Below, piece after piece: positions 28,868 to 38,304 of a stretch of 64,000 nucleotides of DNA. Position numbers and translations under genes: made by a program. Each line of letters opens with the position of its first letter. The first letter of the stretch is position 1. The stretch comes from Candidatus Eiseniibacteriota bacterium (lineage in GTDB: Bacteria > Eisenbacteria > RBG-16-71-46), in NCBI GenBank assembly GCA_963717505.1, contig OY970342.1:1440001-1504000 (forward strand), written 5' to 3'. Under the pieces are notes generated by a model that did no database searches, was not told the DNA's origin, and saw nothing but the letters and a program-made list of their open reading frames with translations.

Positions 28868-31800
28868 CTGCGTTCGCTGCCCGCATGGACGCTCGTGGTT
28901 CTCGCGACGCAGTTCGCCGCTACGGCGTTCGCGGCCTCCGATACCGGGACGCCCGGTCCCGAAACCCACGTGCTCGACGTGCACGCCGGCTTCGTGATCG
29001 AAGACATCGTCGCTGCCAACGTCCCGACCTGTCTCGCGTTCCTGCCGGACGGATCGTTCCTGTTCGGCGAGAAATCCGGCCGGGTGTATCGGGTCACGAA
29101 CGCGGTCAAGCAGCAGCCCCCGTTGTGGAACGGCGAGACCGAGGTCCTGAGCGCGGCCGACGACGGGTTGATCAGCATTGCCGTCGATCCCAACTACGCG
29201 ACCAACCGGTTCGTGTACTTCCTCTACGTGGTCGATCCCGACACCAACGCGGTCGACGGGGACGCGCACGGTTTCGGCCGCCTGACGCGCTACCAGATCG
29301 ACGCGAGCGGCAACGCGCTGTTGCCCGGCTCACGCACGATTCTCATGGGTGTCGATCGCAGTCGCGGTCCGCTGGTCGGGTTCGGCTCGCACACGGTGGG
29401 CGCGCTGCGCTGGGGCGCGGACGGTAGTCTGCTGGTCTCGGTCGGCGACGGCGCGACCGCAGGCAACGTCGATGACGGCGGCAACGATCCAGGTTCTTTC
29501 GGCCCGGGACGCGCCGATCCCGCCGAGGACATCGGGGCCTTCCGCTCGCAGGACATGAACAGTCTGTGCGGCAAGATCCTGCGTCTCGATCCTACGACCG
29601 GGCAGGGCCGGCCCGACAATCCGTTCTACGACGGCGATCCGCACTCGGACCGCTCCAAGGTTTGGGAGTACGGGCTCCGCAATCCGTTCCGCTTCTCGGT
29701 GCGACCCGGCACCGGCAGCAGCACGCCGGGAGCGCTGCATCCCGGAAGTCTGTTCATCGGTGATGTCGGCTGGACCGAGTGGGAGGAAATCTCGGTCGCG
29801 CGCGACCCCGGCATGAACTTCGGCTGGCCATGTTTCGAGGGTCCCGAGGCTCTGGCGTCCTACCAGGCGTCGAACCCGGCGCACCATGGCTGCGGGACTC
29901 TCGGCACGCCGGCGAACCCGTCGCTGCCGACGCCACCGGGGATGTTCTGGACTCGCGATCAACCGGAAGCCGCGCAGCCCACCGGGATCACCGGCAACTG
30001 CGCGGTGGACGGGACCTTCTACGTCAGCGGTGCCTACCCGAGCGAATTCCAGGGCGCCTATTTCTTCGCCGACTATGGGGGGTCCTGGCTCAAGGTCGCG
30101 CGTTTCGACGCCGCCGACCGCGTGATCGCATGGAACGACTTCGCGACCGGGGTCAGCGGCCCGACCGACTTCGCGCGCAATCCGATAACCGGCGACATCC
30201 ACCTGACCTCGGCGTCCGACGGTCAGGTTCGCCGGATTCGATACATTGGTCCGCCCAATGAGCGACCGGTGGCCGTCGCGTCGGTGCAGACTCAGGGTGG
30301 TCGCGCGCCGTTTACTGCGACCTTCTCGAGCGCCGGCACCTACGATCCCGACGGTGTGCAGCTCACCTACGACTGGCGTTTCGGCGACGGCAACCTGTCG
30401 TCCGCCGCGAACCCAGTACACGTCTACGCGGGCGGCGGCGTCTACTCCGCCGTGTTCACCGTGACCGACAGCGTCGGCTGGATCGATCGTGACACCGTGC
30501 AGGTCACGGTGACCGGGCCGGCACCGTTCCCGGCGACCGGGATCTTCGATCGCTTCGACCGGCCCAACGGCGCGATCGGCGGACTCTGGATCGGCGAAGC
30601 CACTGAAGCCACGGTGCTCGACAGCATGGTCCGTCAGTCGGCCACCGGGGTCACGACCATGACCTGGGGCGGTCCGGTGCCGGGCATCGAGCAGGAGGCG
30701 TTCGCCCGCTTCCAGGTCGTGCCCACGTCCGGCAACGTCTCGGTGTTGCTCAAGGCCCAGGGGTCGACCCTGACCTCGGGCGGGATCGAAGCACGCTACT
30801 CACGCTCGACCAACGCGGTGAGCATCATCGAACGCCCACTCGGCGGCGGTTCGAACACGATCGGCACGATCAATGGCGTCACGCTGTCGGCGGGGGATCG
30901 ATACGGAGCCCGAACCTACACCGATGGCACCGTTCAGGTGTTCCGCAACGCCGTCTTGCTCGGGCAGGCGGTGCTGAACCCGGGCCCCTTGCGCACGCTC
31001 GGCGGCCGAGTCGGGCTGCGCTTCGACAGCGCGACCTCCGCGCGGCTCGACGACTTCGGCGGCGGTACGTTGTACGACGCCAATGAGAACGCCGAGCCCG
31101 AGGCGATCGTTCTGTCGCCCGAGCCGGTCGCGTTTCGCGCACTCGGCGACACCGTGTGGCTCGAGGGCGCGGCGTTCGACGCCGAGGACCCCGATTCGGT
31201 GTTGCGCTTCAACTGGGTGGTGGACTTGTTCCACAACAACCACATCCACCCCGCGTTCTTCACCTCCGAGAAGCGCCAGGACTTCTTCGTCATGACCGAC
31301 CACGACGACGGCACCGGCGTCTGGTATCACGTGCGGCTGATCGTGACCGATCTCGGCGGCGCCCAGGACGAGGTTCTGCATCTGCTCTACCCCGAAGTCG
31401 ATCTGGTGCCGGGTCCGGTCGTCGCCGCACCCCTGCCGCCGGGGAGCGGCGCGCCGTTCCAGCTCCAGTTCACCCTGAGCAACGGTGGAGGATTGGGTGC
31501 GCCGCGCACGCGCTGGATGATGCTGATGGACGGCCTCAAGGTGGCGGAGGGCGACACCTCGGTCGCGGCCACCGACAGCGTGCGCCTCAGCGTTCAACTG
31601 ACTGCGGGGGTGGCACCCGGGATTCGCGCGCTCCGAGTGGTCGCCGACACGCTCGAGGAGGTCAGCGAGACCAACGAATCGAACAACGCCCGCCAACAAT
31701 CGCTGATCGTGGTTCCCGGTTCGGGTCCGGACAATCAGCCTCCCGGCATCATGTCCGGACCGACGGCCGAACCCCATGGCGTGTTCGCTGAGGTGCAATG

Positions 31801-32314
31801 GTCGACCAACGAGCCGGCGTTCGGCCTGGTGCGCTACGGCCCGACGCCGGCGTTCGGGGATTCGGCGGCGACCCCGGTCGGGATCACGCACCTGGCGATC
31901 CTCGATGGACTGGCGCTCGGCACGCGCTATTACTACCGAGTGGTGGCGCGCGATCCTTCGAACAACGCGACCACGGCACCGCTCGATTCCTTCGTCACCC
32001 AAACCGGAACGCTCGACGCGACCGCCGGATTGCCGGACCGATTCGAGCTGTCGGCGGCGATGCCCAACCCGACGCGCGGCGGATCGCGCTTCCTGTTGTC
32101 GCTGCCGCAGGCGAGCCTGGTATCGCTGGCCGTCTACGACGCGCAAGGCCGCAAGATCTGGACCGATGCCGGACGCGACTACGAAGCCGGCCGCTGGTCG
32201 ATCGATTGGCCGGGACGCAACGCGGCGGGAAACGCAGTGCCCGCAGGGCTCTACCTGGCGCGGGTGCGAGTCGGTAGTCAGGCCTGGATTCGTCGCGTGG
32301 CCGTGATCCGGTAG
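28868..32314 (+). CDS. Secreted PQQ-dependent sugar dehydrogenase (GSDH)-PKD-CARDB-FN3-FlgD multidomain protein, copy 2
   Basis: Same motif order as copy 1 (YGLRNPFR, NFGWPCFEG, WRFGDG, ETNESNN, MPNP...GLYLAR); probable CTG start at 28868 after GGAGG (ORF track gives GTG 28895). Confidence 0.85.
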   Translation: MRSLPAWTLVVLATQFAATAFAASDTGTPGPETHVLDVHAGFVIEDIVAANVPTCLAFLPDGSFLFGEKSGRVYRVTNAVKQQPPLWNGETEVLSAADDGLISIAVDPNYATNRFVYFLYVVDPDTNAVDGDAHGFGRLTRYQIDASGNALLPGSRTILMGVDRSRGPLVGFGSHTVGALRWGADGSLLVSVGDGATAGNVDDGGNDPGSFGPGRADPAEDIGAFRSQDMNSLCGKILRLDPTTGQGRPDNPFYDGDPHSDRSKVWEYGLRNPFRFSVRPGTGSSTPGALHPGSLFIGDVGWTEWEEISVARDPGMNFGWPCFEGPEALASYQASNPAHHGCGTLGTPANPSLPTPPGMFWTRDQPEAAQPTGITGNCAVDGTFYVSGAYPSEFQGAYFFADYGGSWLKVARFDAADRVIAWNDFATGVSGPTDFARNPITGDIHLTSASDGQVRRIRYIGPPNERPVAVASVQTQGGRAPFTATFSSAGTYDPDGVQLTYDWRFGDGNLSSAANPVHVYAGGGVYSAVFTVTDSVGWIDRDTVQVTVTGPAPFPATGIFDRFDRPNGAIGGLWIGEATEATVLDSMVRQSATGVTTMTWGGPVPGIEQEAFARFQVVPTSGNVSVLLKAQGSTLTSGGIEARYSRSTNAVSIIERPLGGGSNTIGTINGVTLSAGDRYGARTYTDGTVQVFRNAVLLGQAVLNPGPLRTLGGRVGLRFDSATSARLDDFGGGTLYDANENAEPEAIVLSPEPVAFRALGDTVWLEGAAFDAEDPDSVLRFNWVVDLFHNNHIHPAFFTSEKRQDFFVMTDHDDGTGVWYHVRLIVTDLGGAQDEVLHLLYPEVDLVPGPVVAAPLPPGSGAPFQLQFTLSNGGGLGAPRTRWMMLMDGLKVAEGDTSVAATDSVRLSVQLTAGVAPGIRALRVVADTLEEVSETNESNNARQQSLIVVPGSGPDNQPPGIMSGPTAEPHGVFAEVQWSTNEPAFGLVRYGPTPAFGDSAATPVGITHLAILDGLALGTRYYYRVVARDPSNNATTAPLDSFVTQTGTLDATAGLPDRFELSAAMPNPTRGGSRFLLSLPQASLVSLAVYDAQGRKIWTDAGRDYEAGRWSIDWPGRNAAGNAVPAGLYLARVRVGSQAWIRRVAVIR

Positions 32315-32325
32315 CCTGCACGGTC

Positions 32326-33789
32326 ATGGCCGACCGCACTCCACGTCCGGGGATGGAGGAGAGCGCGTCGCGCTTCCGCCCCTTGCCGGCCGCCCTCGGC
32401 CTGGCCGCCGCACTGATCGTGCTGTTGGTTCCAATCCCGGGGCTCGAGCCACGCGCGCACGCCACACTCGCGATTCTCACGCTCGCCGGCGCCTGGTGGA
32501 TGACCGAGGCGCTGCCGGTGCCGGTGACCGCGCTGTTCATTCCCGTGCTCGGGATCGCCCTCGGTGTCTTCCCCGCGAAGGAAGCGTTCGCCGGGTTCGG
32601 CGATCCGATCGTGTTCCTGTTCCTCGGCACCTTCCTGCTGACCGACGCGGCCGCGGTCCATGGGCTCAACCAGCGGCTCGCCCACGGTGTGCTCGGCTCG
32701 CGTTGGGTGCGCGGGCATCCGCAGCGCATGCTATGGGCTCTGGCGCTGCTCGGCTGCACGATCTCGGCGTGGGTGAACAATACGGCGACCACCGCGATGT
32801 TGCTGCCGCTGGCGCTCTCGGCCGAACGCTTCGGCTCGCCGCGTCTCCTGACCGGGGTGCTGCTGATGTGCGCCTATGCGCCGTCGCTCGGCGGGCTCGC
32901 GACCCCGGTCGGCACCGCGCCCAATCTGATCGGCCTCCGGCTGATCGAGCAGCACCTGGGCGAGCGGCCGAGCTTTGCTTCGTGGTGCGCGACGTTCGCG
33001 CCCCTCGCGCTGGTCGGAACCGCGCTGAGCGCCGCGTGGCTCGGACTGCGCACCTCGCGGACGACCTCGAAGGAAGCGTTGCCGGTGGCACCCGCGGGGC
33101 CGTCGCCCGGGCCGTGGTCGCGCGCCGAGCGCACGCTGGTCCCACTGTTCGCGGTCGTGATTCTGCTGTGGATCACGCCCGGCATTCTGGCCGCGACCCC
33201 GCTCGCCTCGGCCGACTGGGTCAAGACCTGGCAGGCGCGGCTCCCGGAGCCCGCCGTACCGGTTGCCGGCGCACTCGCGTTGTTCCTCCTGCCGGCAGGC
33301 GGAGCCCGCGGCGGGCGCATCCTCGATGCCGGCGTGTTCCGCCGGCTCGATTGGGGAACGCTCATGCTGTTCGGCGGCGGGCTTTCGCTCGGCGCCATGA
33401 TGTTCGACTCGGGTCTCGCCCGATCGATCGGCGAGTACCTGTTCCATCATATGCCGGTGCCCGGGCTCGCGGGCATCGTGCTCGCCGCGACCATCATGGC
33501 GGTGGTGGTCAGCGAGCTGACCAGCAACACCGCGAGCGCCTCGCTGGTGGTGCCGGTGGTCCTGGCGCTCGCGCAGGCGGCCGGCGTCGATCCGCTCAAG
33601 CCGGCGTTGGCCGCGACACTCGGCTGCTCGTTCGGGTTCATGCTGCCGGTCTCGACCCCGCCGAATGCCCTGGTGTTCGGCACCGGCCGCGTGCGGATCG
33701 CCGATATGATCTCGCACGGTGCGCTGCTCGACGTCGCGGGAGTGCTGCTGGTGTTCGGCTGGGTGATGCTGTTCGTCCAGTCCGGCTAG
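32326..33789 (+). CDS. SLC13/DASS family sodium:dicarboxylate/sulfate symporter
   Basis: WWMTEALP, SAWVNNTAT, TPVGTAPN, SELTSNTAS, FMLPVSTPPNA. Confidence 0.92.
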   Translation: MADRTPRPGMEESASRFRPLPAALGLAAALIVLLVPIPGLEPRAHATLAILTLAGAWWMTEALPVPVTALFIPVLGIALGVFPAKEAFAGFGDPIVFLFLGTFLLTDAAAVHGLNQRLAHGVLGSRWVRGHPQRMLWALALLGCTISAWVNNTATTAMLLPLALSAERFGSPRLLTGVLLMCAYAPSLGGLATPVGTAPNLIGLRLIEQHLGERPSFASWCATFAPLALVGTALSAAWLGLRTSRTTSKEALPVAPAGPSPGPWSRAERTLVPLFAVVILLWITPGILAATPLASADWVKTWQARLPEPAVPVAGALALFLLPAGGARGGRILDAGVFRRLDWGTLMLFGGGLSLGAMMFDSGLARSIGEYLFHHMPVPGLAGIVLAATIMAVVVSELTSNTASASLVVPVVLALAQAAGVDPLKPALAATLGCSFGFMLPVSTPPNALVFGTGRVRIADMISHGALLDVAGVLLVFGWVMLFVQSG

Positions 33790-35927
33790 GGCGTCGCGCT
33801 CAGCTGATTCAGCATGAACGCGTACTCCTCGGCAGTCTCGCGCAGCCGCTCGAAGCGTCCGGACCGCCCGCCGTGCCCCGCCGACATGTTGATCTTGAAC
33901 AGCAGCGGGTTGTGGTCGGTCTTGTTGGCGCGCAGGCGCGCCACCCACTTGGCCGGCTCGTAGTACTGCACCTGGGAATCGTAGAGACCGGTGGTCACCA
34001 GCATGGCCGGGTACGCAGCCGGCCGCACGTTGTCGTAGGGCGAGTACGCCAGCATGTTGTCGTAGTGCTTCTTCTGCTTGGGATTGCCCCACTCGTCGAA
34101 CTCGTTGGTCACCAGCGGAATCGATTCGTCGAGCATGGTGGTGACCGCGTCGACGTAGGGCACGTGCGCGACGATGCCGCGGTACTTCTCGGGAGCCTGG
34201 TTCGCGATCACGCCCATCAGCAGCCCCCCGGCGCTTCCGCCTGAGGCGAACACGCGATCGCGCGCGACATAACCCTCCGCGACCAGGAAGTCGGTGACGT
34301 CGACGAAATCGTTGAAGGTGTTCTTCTTGTTCAGCAGCCTGCCGGTCTCGTACCAGGCGCGTCCCATCTCCTGGCCACCGCGGACGTGGGCCAGCGCGTA
34401 GACGAAGCCCCGATCGAGCAGCGAGATGGCGTTACGGTCGAACTCGGGATCGACCGACAAACCGTAGGACCCGTAGCCGTACTGGTAGAGCGGAGCGGTG
34501 CCGTCCTTGCTGAGTCCGCGCCGGTAGACCAGGGACACCGGGATCTTCGTGCCGTCGCGCGCCGGCGCCCAGACCCGCTCGGTGATGTAGCGAGCAGGGT
34601 CGAAGCCGCCGAGCACCGGCTGGCGCTTGAGCAGCGTACGCGCGCCGGTGCGCATGTCGACTTCATAGATCGTCTCGGGCGTGGTCAGCGACGTGTAGCT
34701 GTAGCGCAACAGGCTCGTGTCCTGCTCGGCGTTGACCGAGAAGGTCGCGGCGTAGACCGGCTCGTCGGACTCGATGTGAAACGCTTGCTTGGGCGCTCGC
34801 CACGGGATGATCCGGATGCGCAACAACCCGTCGCTGCGCTCGTTCAAGGCCAGGTGGTCGCGGAACAGGGCGAACGACTCGATCAGGACGCGGTCGTCGT
34901 AGGGCAGCAGTTCCTTCCAGCGCTTGCGATCGCCGATCTGGGCATCGTCCACCGTCATCATGCGGAAGTTGCGCGCGCGCCAGTTGGTCAGGATCACCCA
35001 GCGCCCGGCGATGTGGTCGGCGTCGTAGAGCATGTCGCTTTGGCGCGGCGCCAGCACGCTCGGCCGGGCGGAGGAGTCGCCGGCATCGATCGCCCAGAGT
35101 TCGCCCGACAACGTGCTGGTCAGTTCCAGCGTCACGTAGCGGTCGTCGCCGGTCTTGCCGACGTCGAGGTAGTACTGCGTGTCTTTCTCCTCGTACACGA
35201 CCGGATCGCTGGCCGGATCGGTGCCCAGCACGTGCTTCTTCACGCGGGTCGACAGCAGGGTCACCGGGTCGTTCTCGACGTAGTAGATCGTCCGGTTGTC
35301 GTTGGCCCAGGCCACGGTGTTGCTCAAGCCCGAAATCCGTTCCGGGTAGTCGCGCCCAGAGGTCAGGTCGCGGATGCGCAGTGTGTACTGCCGGCGTCCG
35401 GTGGTGTCCTCGAGAAACGCGAGCAGTCGCTGATCGAAACTGACCTCGCGCGTGACCACGCGGTAGTAGGACCTGCCTTCGCCCTCGCGGTTCTCGTCGA
35501 CCAGGACCTGCTCGACGTCCGACCCGACGGCACGGCGCGCGTAGATCGGGTGCTCCTTACCGGTCTGGAAGCGCGTGAAGTAGACGTAGTCCTTGTCGCG
35601 GTAGGGAACCGTGCTGTCGTCCTGCTGAATGCGGCCGATCAGTTCCTGGTACAGCGAGTCGGTCAGCGCCGCGTAAGGAGCGGTCATCGCCGTGAAGTAC
35701 GCGTTTTCCGCCTCGAGGTAGCCGAGCATTTCGGGATGGGTTCGCGAGTCGTCGCGCAGCCAGTAGTAGGGGTCGTTGCGGGTGCCGTTGGGCGACTCGA
35801 CGGCATGCGGGCGGACGGCCGCGACCGGTGGCGCCGCGGGGGTCGCCGATTCTGCGGGCGACGCGTGAATCATGGTCATGAGCAGGAACGCCAGGGGGCG
35901 GGAACGGGAGCGTGACATGGACGACAC
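33786..35927 (-). CDS. ptrB: Oligopeptidase B (S9A)
   Basis: DPYYWLRD, YGYGSYG, HVRGGQEMG, GGSAGG nucleophile elbow, DSQVQY.EPAKW, AGHGG. Confidence 0.92.
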   Translation of the reverse strand: MSSMSRSRSRPLAFLLMTMIHASPAESATPAAPPVAAVRPHAVESPNGTRNDPYYWLRDDSRTHPEMLGYLEAENAYFTAMTAPYAALTDSLYQELIGRIQQDDSTVPYRDKDYVYFTRFQTGKEHPIYARRAVGSDVEQVLVDENREGEGRSYYRVVTREVSFDQRLLAFLEDTTGRRQYTLRIRDLTSGRDYPERISGLSNTVAWANDNRTIYYVENDPVTLLSTRVKKHVLGTDPASDPVVYEEKDTQYYLDVGKTGDDRYVTLELTSTLSGELWAIDAGDSSARPSVLAPRQSDMLYDADHIAGRWVILTNWRARNFRMMTVDDAQIGDRKRWKELLPYDDRVLIESFALFRDHLALNERSDGLLRIRIIPWRAPKQAFHIESDEPVYAATFSVNAEQDTSLLRYSYTSLTTPETIYEVDMRTGARTLLKRQPVLGGFDPARYITERVWAPARDGTKIPVSLVYRRGLSKDGTAPLYQYGYGSYGLSVDPEFDRNAISLLDRGFVYALAHVRGGQEMGRAWYETGRLLNKKNTFNDFVDVTDFLVAEGYVARDRVFASGGSAGGLLMGVIANQAPEKYRGIVAHVPYVDAVTTMLDESIPLVTNEFDEWGNPKQKKHYDNMLAYSPYDNVRPAAYPAMLVTTGLYDSQVQYYEPAKWVARLRANKTDHNPLLFKINMSAGHGGRSGRFERLRETAEEYAFMLNQLSATP

Positions 35928-35978
35928 ATCCTACGCCGTTCACCCCGGGCAAATGGAGTCGCGGGACCTGACGAAAAC

Positions 35979-35990
35979 GTGTTACAACAC
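35979..35990. promoter_or_regulatory. Palindromic operator candidate for the adjacent MarR regulator
   Basis: GTGTT-AC-AACAC inverted repeat in the AT-richer divergent intergenic region, ~40 nt upstream of marR. Confidence 0.5.
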
Positions 35991-36028
35991 ACGAACCCCG
36001 GCGGCATCCAAACCCCCACGAGAACGAA

Positions 36029-36523
36029 ATGGCCCGGAACCGTTCACAGCCTCTGAACCGCCGCATTCACCAGGCGCGGTTCGAGAGCCCCCAGCACGAA
36101 GCCATGCTGGGCCTGTTGGTGGCCGCGGGCCACCTGCGCGAGCGGATCGAAGCCGTGTGCGCACGACACCAAGTGACCGGCGGCCAGTACAACGTTCTGC
36201 GCGTCCTGCGCGGGGCACATCCCGACGGGTATCCGCGCTGGGACATCGCGCGCCGGCTGATCGAGCGATCCCCCGACGTCACGCGCCTGATCGACCGACT
36301 CGCCGAGGGCGGCTGGGTCGAGCGGGTGCGGTCCGAGCAGGATCGGCGGCTGTCGGTGACGCGCATCACGACCAAAGGACTCAAGCTGCTCGAACGCATG
36401 CGGGGCGAGATCGAAGCCATTCAGGCCGACCTCGCGCGCCGGCTTCCGGATCGCGAGGCGCGTGCGCTGGCGGACTTGTGCGCACGGTTGTACGACGAAG
36501 GAACGGAGGAAGAGCAAGAGTGA
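36029..36523 (+). CDS. MarR family transcriptional regulator
   Basis: QYNVLR.LRG, PDVTRLIDRL...GWVER.RS..DRR...IT.KG. Confidence 0.92.
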   Translation: MARNRSQPLNRRIHQARFESPQHEAMLGLLVAAGHLRERIEAVCARHQVTGGQYNVLRVLRGAHPDGYPRWDIARRLIERSPDVTRLIDRLAEGGWVERVRSEQDRRLSVTRITTKGLKLLERMRGEIEAIQADLARRLPDREARALADLCARLYDEGTEEEQE

Positions 36524-37533
36524 AAGACGCTCCGAAACAACCCGAGAACGCCGCGGAAGAAACCCGGATCTCGGGAATTCATCACGTCACCGCGATTGCC
36601 GGCGACCCGCAGCGCAACCTGGACTTCTACTCCGGGGTGCTTGGGCTCCGCTTGATCAAACGCACGGTGAACTTCGACGACCCCGGCAGTTACCACTTCT
36701 ACTTTGGTGACGCGCTCGGCAAACCCGGCACGTTGATGACGTTCTTCCCGTGGCCGGGTGCTCCGCGCGGGCGCGTCGGCGCGGGCCAGGTGACCGCGAC
36801 CGCGTTCGCGATCCCCGCGGGATCGATGTCGTGGTGGCGGGATCGTCTTTCGGGCCTCGGCCTCGACCTCGATTCCCAGATTCGTTTCGAGAGTTCGGTT
36901 CTCGCGTTCGAGGACCCCGATGGATTGCGCCTCGAGCTGATCGAGACCGAATCGGCGCCCGGCGTGGTCGAGCCGTGGGCTGACGGTCCGGTCGCTCCGG
37001 AGCACGGCATCACCGGCTTTCGCGGCGTGACGCTGTCGCCCGCGGGCCGCGACGAGCGCTCGCTCGAGCTGCTCGAGAACGTGCTCGGATTCGCGCGGCG
37101 GGGTGAGGAGCGCGGGCGCACGCGGCTCGAAACCGCGGGGCCTTTGCCGGGGACCGTGGCCGACGTCGTGGTCGATCCCGATCTGCCGCGCGGACGCATG
37201 GGCGCCGGCACCGTGCACCACGTGGCGTGGCGCACGACCAACTCCGATACCCAACGGGCGTGGATGGATCGTTTGTTCGCCGCCGGCCAGCCGACCACCG
37301 ACGTGGCGGAACGCTGCTACTTCCGCTCGATCTACTTTCGCGAGCCGGGTCACGTGCTCCACGAGATCGCGACCGAAGGGCCGGGCATGATGATCGACGA
37401 GGATCGGGCGAGCCTCGGATCGACGCTCCGCCTGCCGCCATGGCTCGAGCCGCGGCGCGAGCGCATCGAGTCGGAGCTGCCCAAGATCGATTCGCCGAAG
37501 TCGTCGGAGACCGGTGTGCGAGGTGCTTCCTGA
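36520..37533 (+). CDS. Ring-cleaving dioxygenase / VOC family (MhqO-like)
   Basis: GIHHVTAIAGDPQRNLDFY, KRTVNFDDP.SYH, MTFFPW, GTVHHVAWR, YFRSIYFREP, EIAT.GP. Confidence 0.9.
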   Translation: MKDAPKQPENAAEETRISGIHHVTAIAGDPQRNLDFYSGVLGLRLIKRTVNFDDPGSYHFYFGDALGKPGTLMTFFPWPGAPRGRVGAGQVTATAFAIPAGSMSWWRDRLSGLGLDLDSQIRFESSVLAFEDPDGLRLELIETESAPGVVEPWADGPVAPEHGITGFRGVTLSPAGRDERSLELLENVLGFARRGEERGRTRLETAGPLPGTVADVVVDPDLPRGRMGAGTVHHVAWRTTNSDTQRAWMDRLFAAGQPTTDVAERCYFRSIYFREPGHVLHEIATEGPGMMIDEDRASLGSTLRLPPWLEPRRERIESELPKIDSPKSSETGVRGAS

Positions 37534-38183
37534 GCGCGCCCGAGGAGAAGTGCCCGGGTAAGGCCGTTCAGAGTTTCGTCCATCGCTTCGAGCCGGCCCG
37601 TTCACCGGGAAGCGGACGCACGATCCTGCTGCTGCACGGTACCGGCGGCGACGAGAACGATCTGCTGCCGCTCGCCCGCATGCTCGACCCCGAGGCGGCG
37701 GTGCTGAGTCCGCGCGGCCAGGTGCTCGAGCGGGACATGCCGCGCTTCTTCCGACGTCTCGCTGAGGGTGTCTACGACGTCGAGGATCTGGTGACCCGGG
37801 CGCACGGACTCGCAGACTTCGTCCGGGATGCCGCGAGCCAGTACGGGTTCGACCCGGGCAAGGTGGTCGCTGCCGGATTCTCGAACGGCGCCAACATCGC
37901 GGCCGCGACGTTGCTGCTGCGCCCCGAGGCGATGCACTCGGCGATCCTGCTCCACCCGATGATGCCGGTCGATCTCGACGCGACCGGCAGCCTGGCGGGC
38001 GTCCGCGTCTTCGTGGCCGGCGGTCGGTTCGACCCGGTCGCGCGACCCGAGGACACCGAGCGCGTGGTCCAGCTGCTCGAGTCGCGTGGGGCCGAAGTGA
38101 CCACGCACTGGGAGCCCGCGGGCCATTCGCTGACTCAGGGCGAGATCGTCGCCGCGCGCACCTGGCTCCGGGCTAGCGCCTAG
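37530..38183 (+). CDS. Alpha/beta hydrolase, phospholipase/carboxylesterase (MhqD-like)
   Basis: LLHGTGGDE.DL, PRFFRR, GFSNGANI, DP, GHSL; probable CTG start overlapping the dioxygenase TGA. Confidence 0.88.
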   Translation: MSAPEEKCPGKAVQSFVHRFEPARSPGSGRTILLLHGTGGDENDLLPLARMLDPEAAVLSPRGQVLERDMPRFFRRLAEGVYDVEDLVTRAHGLADFVRDAASQYGFDPGKVVAAGFSNGANIAAATLLLRPEAMHSAILLHPMMPVDLDATGSLAGVRVFVAGGRFDPVARPEDTERVVQLLESRGAEVTTHWEPAGHSLTQGEIVAARTWLRASA

Positions 38184-38304
38184 AAACCGGATCGAATTCT
38201 GCGGGGGCCCACTCCCGCGTCCGGATGTGGAATCACGCTCCGGTCATGCCGGAGTCGGCCTCACTGCGGTGCCGCGCACCGGATGCGATAGTCTGCGCGG
38301 CTCC

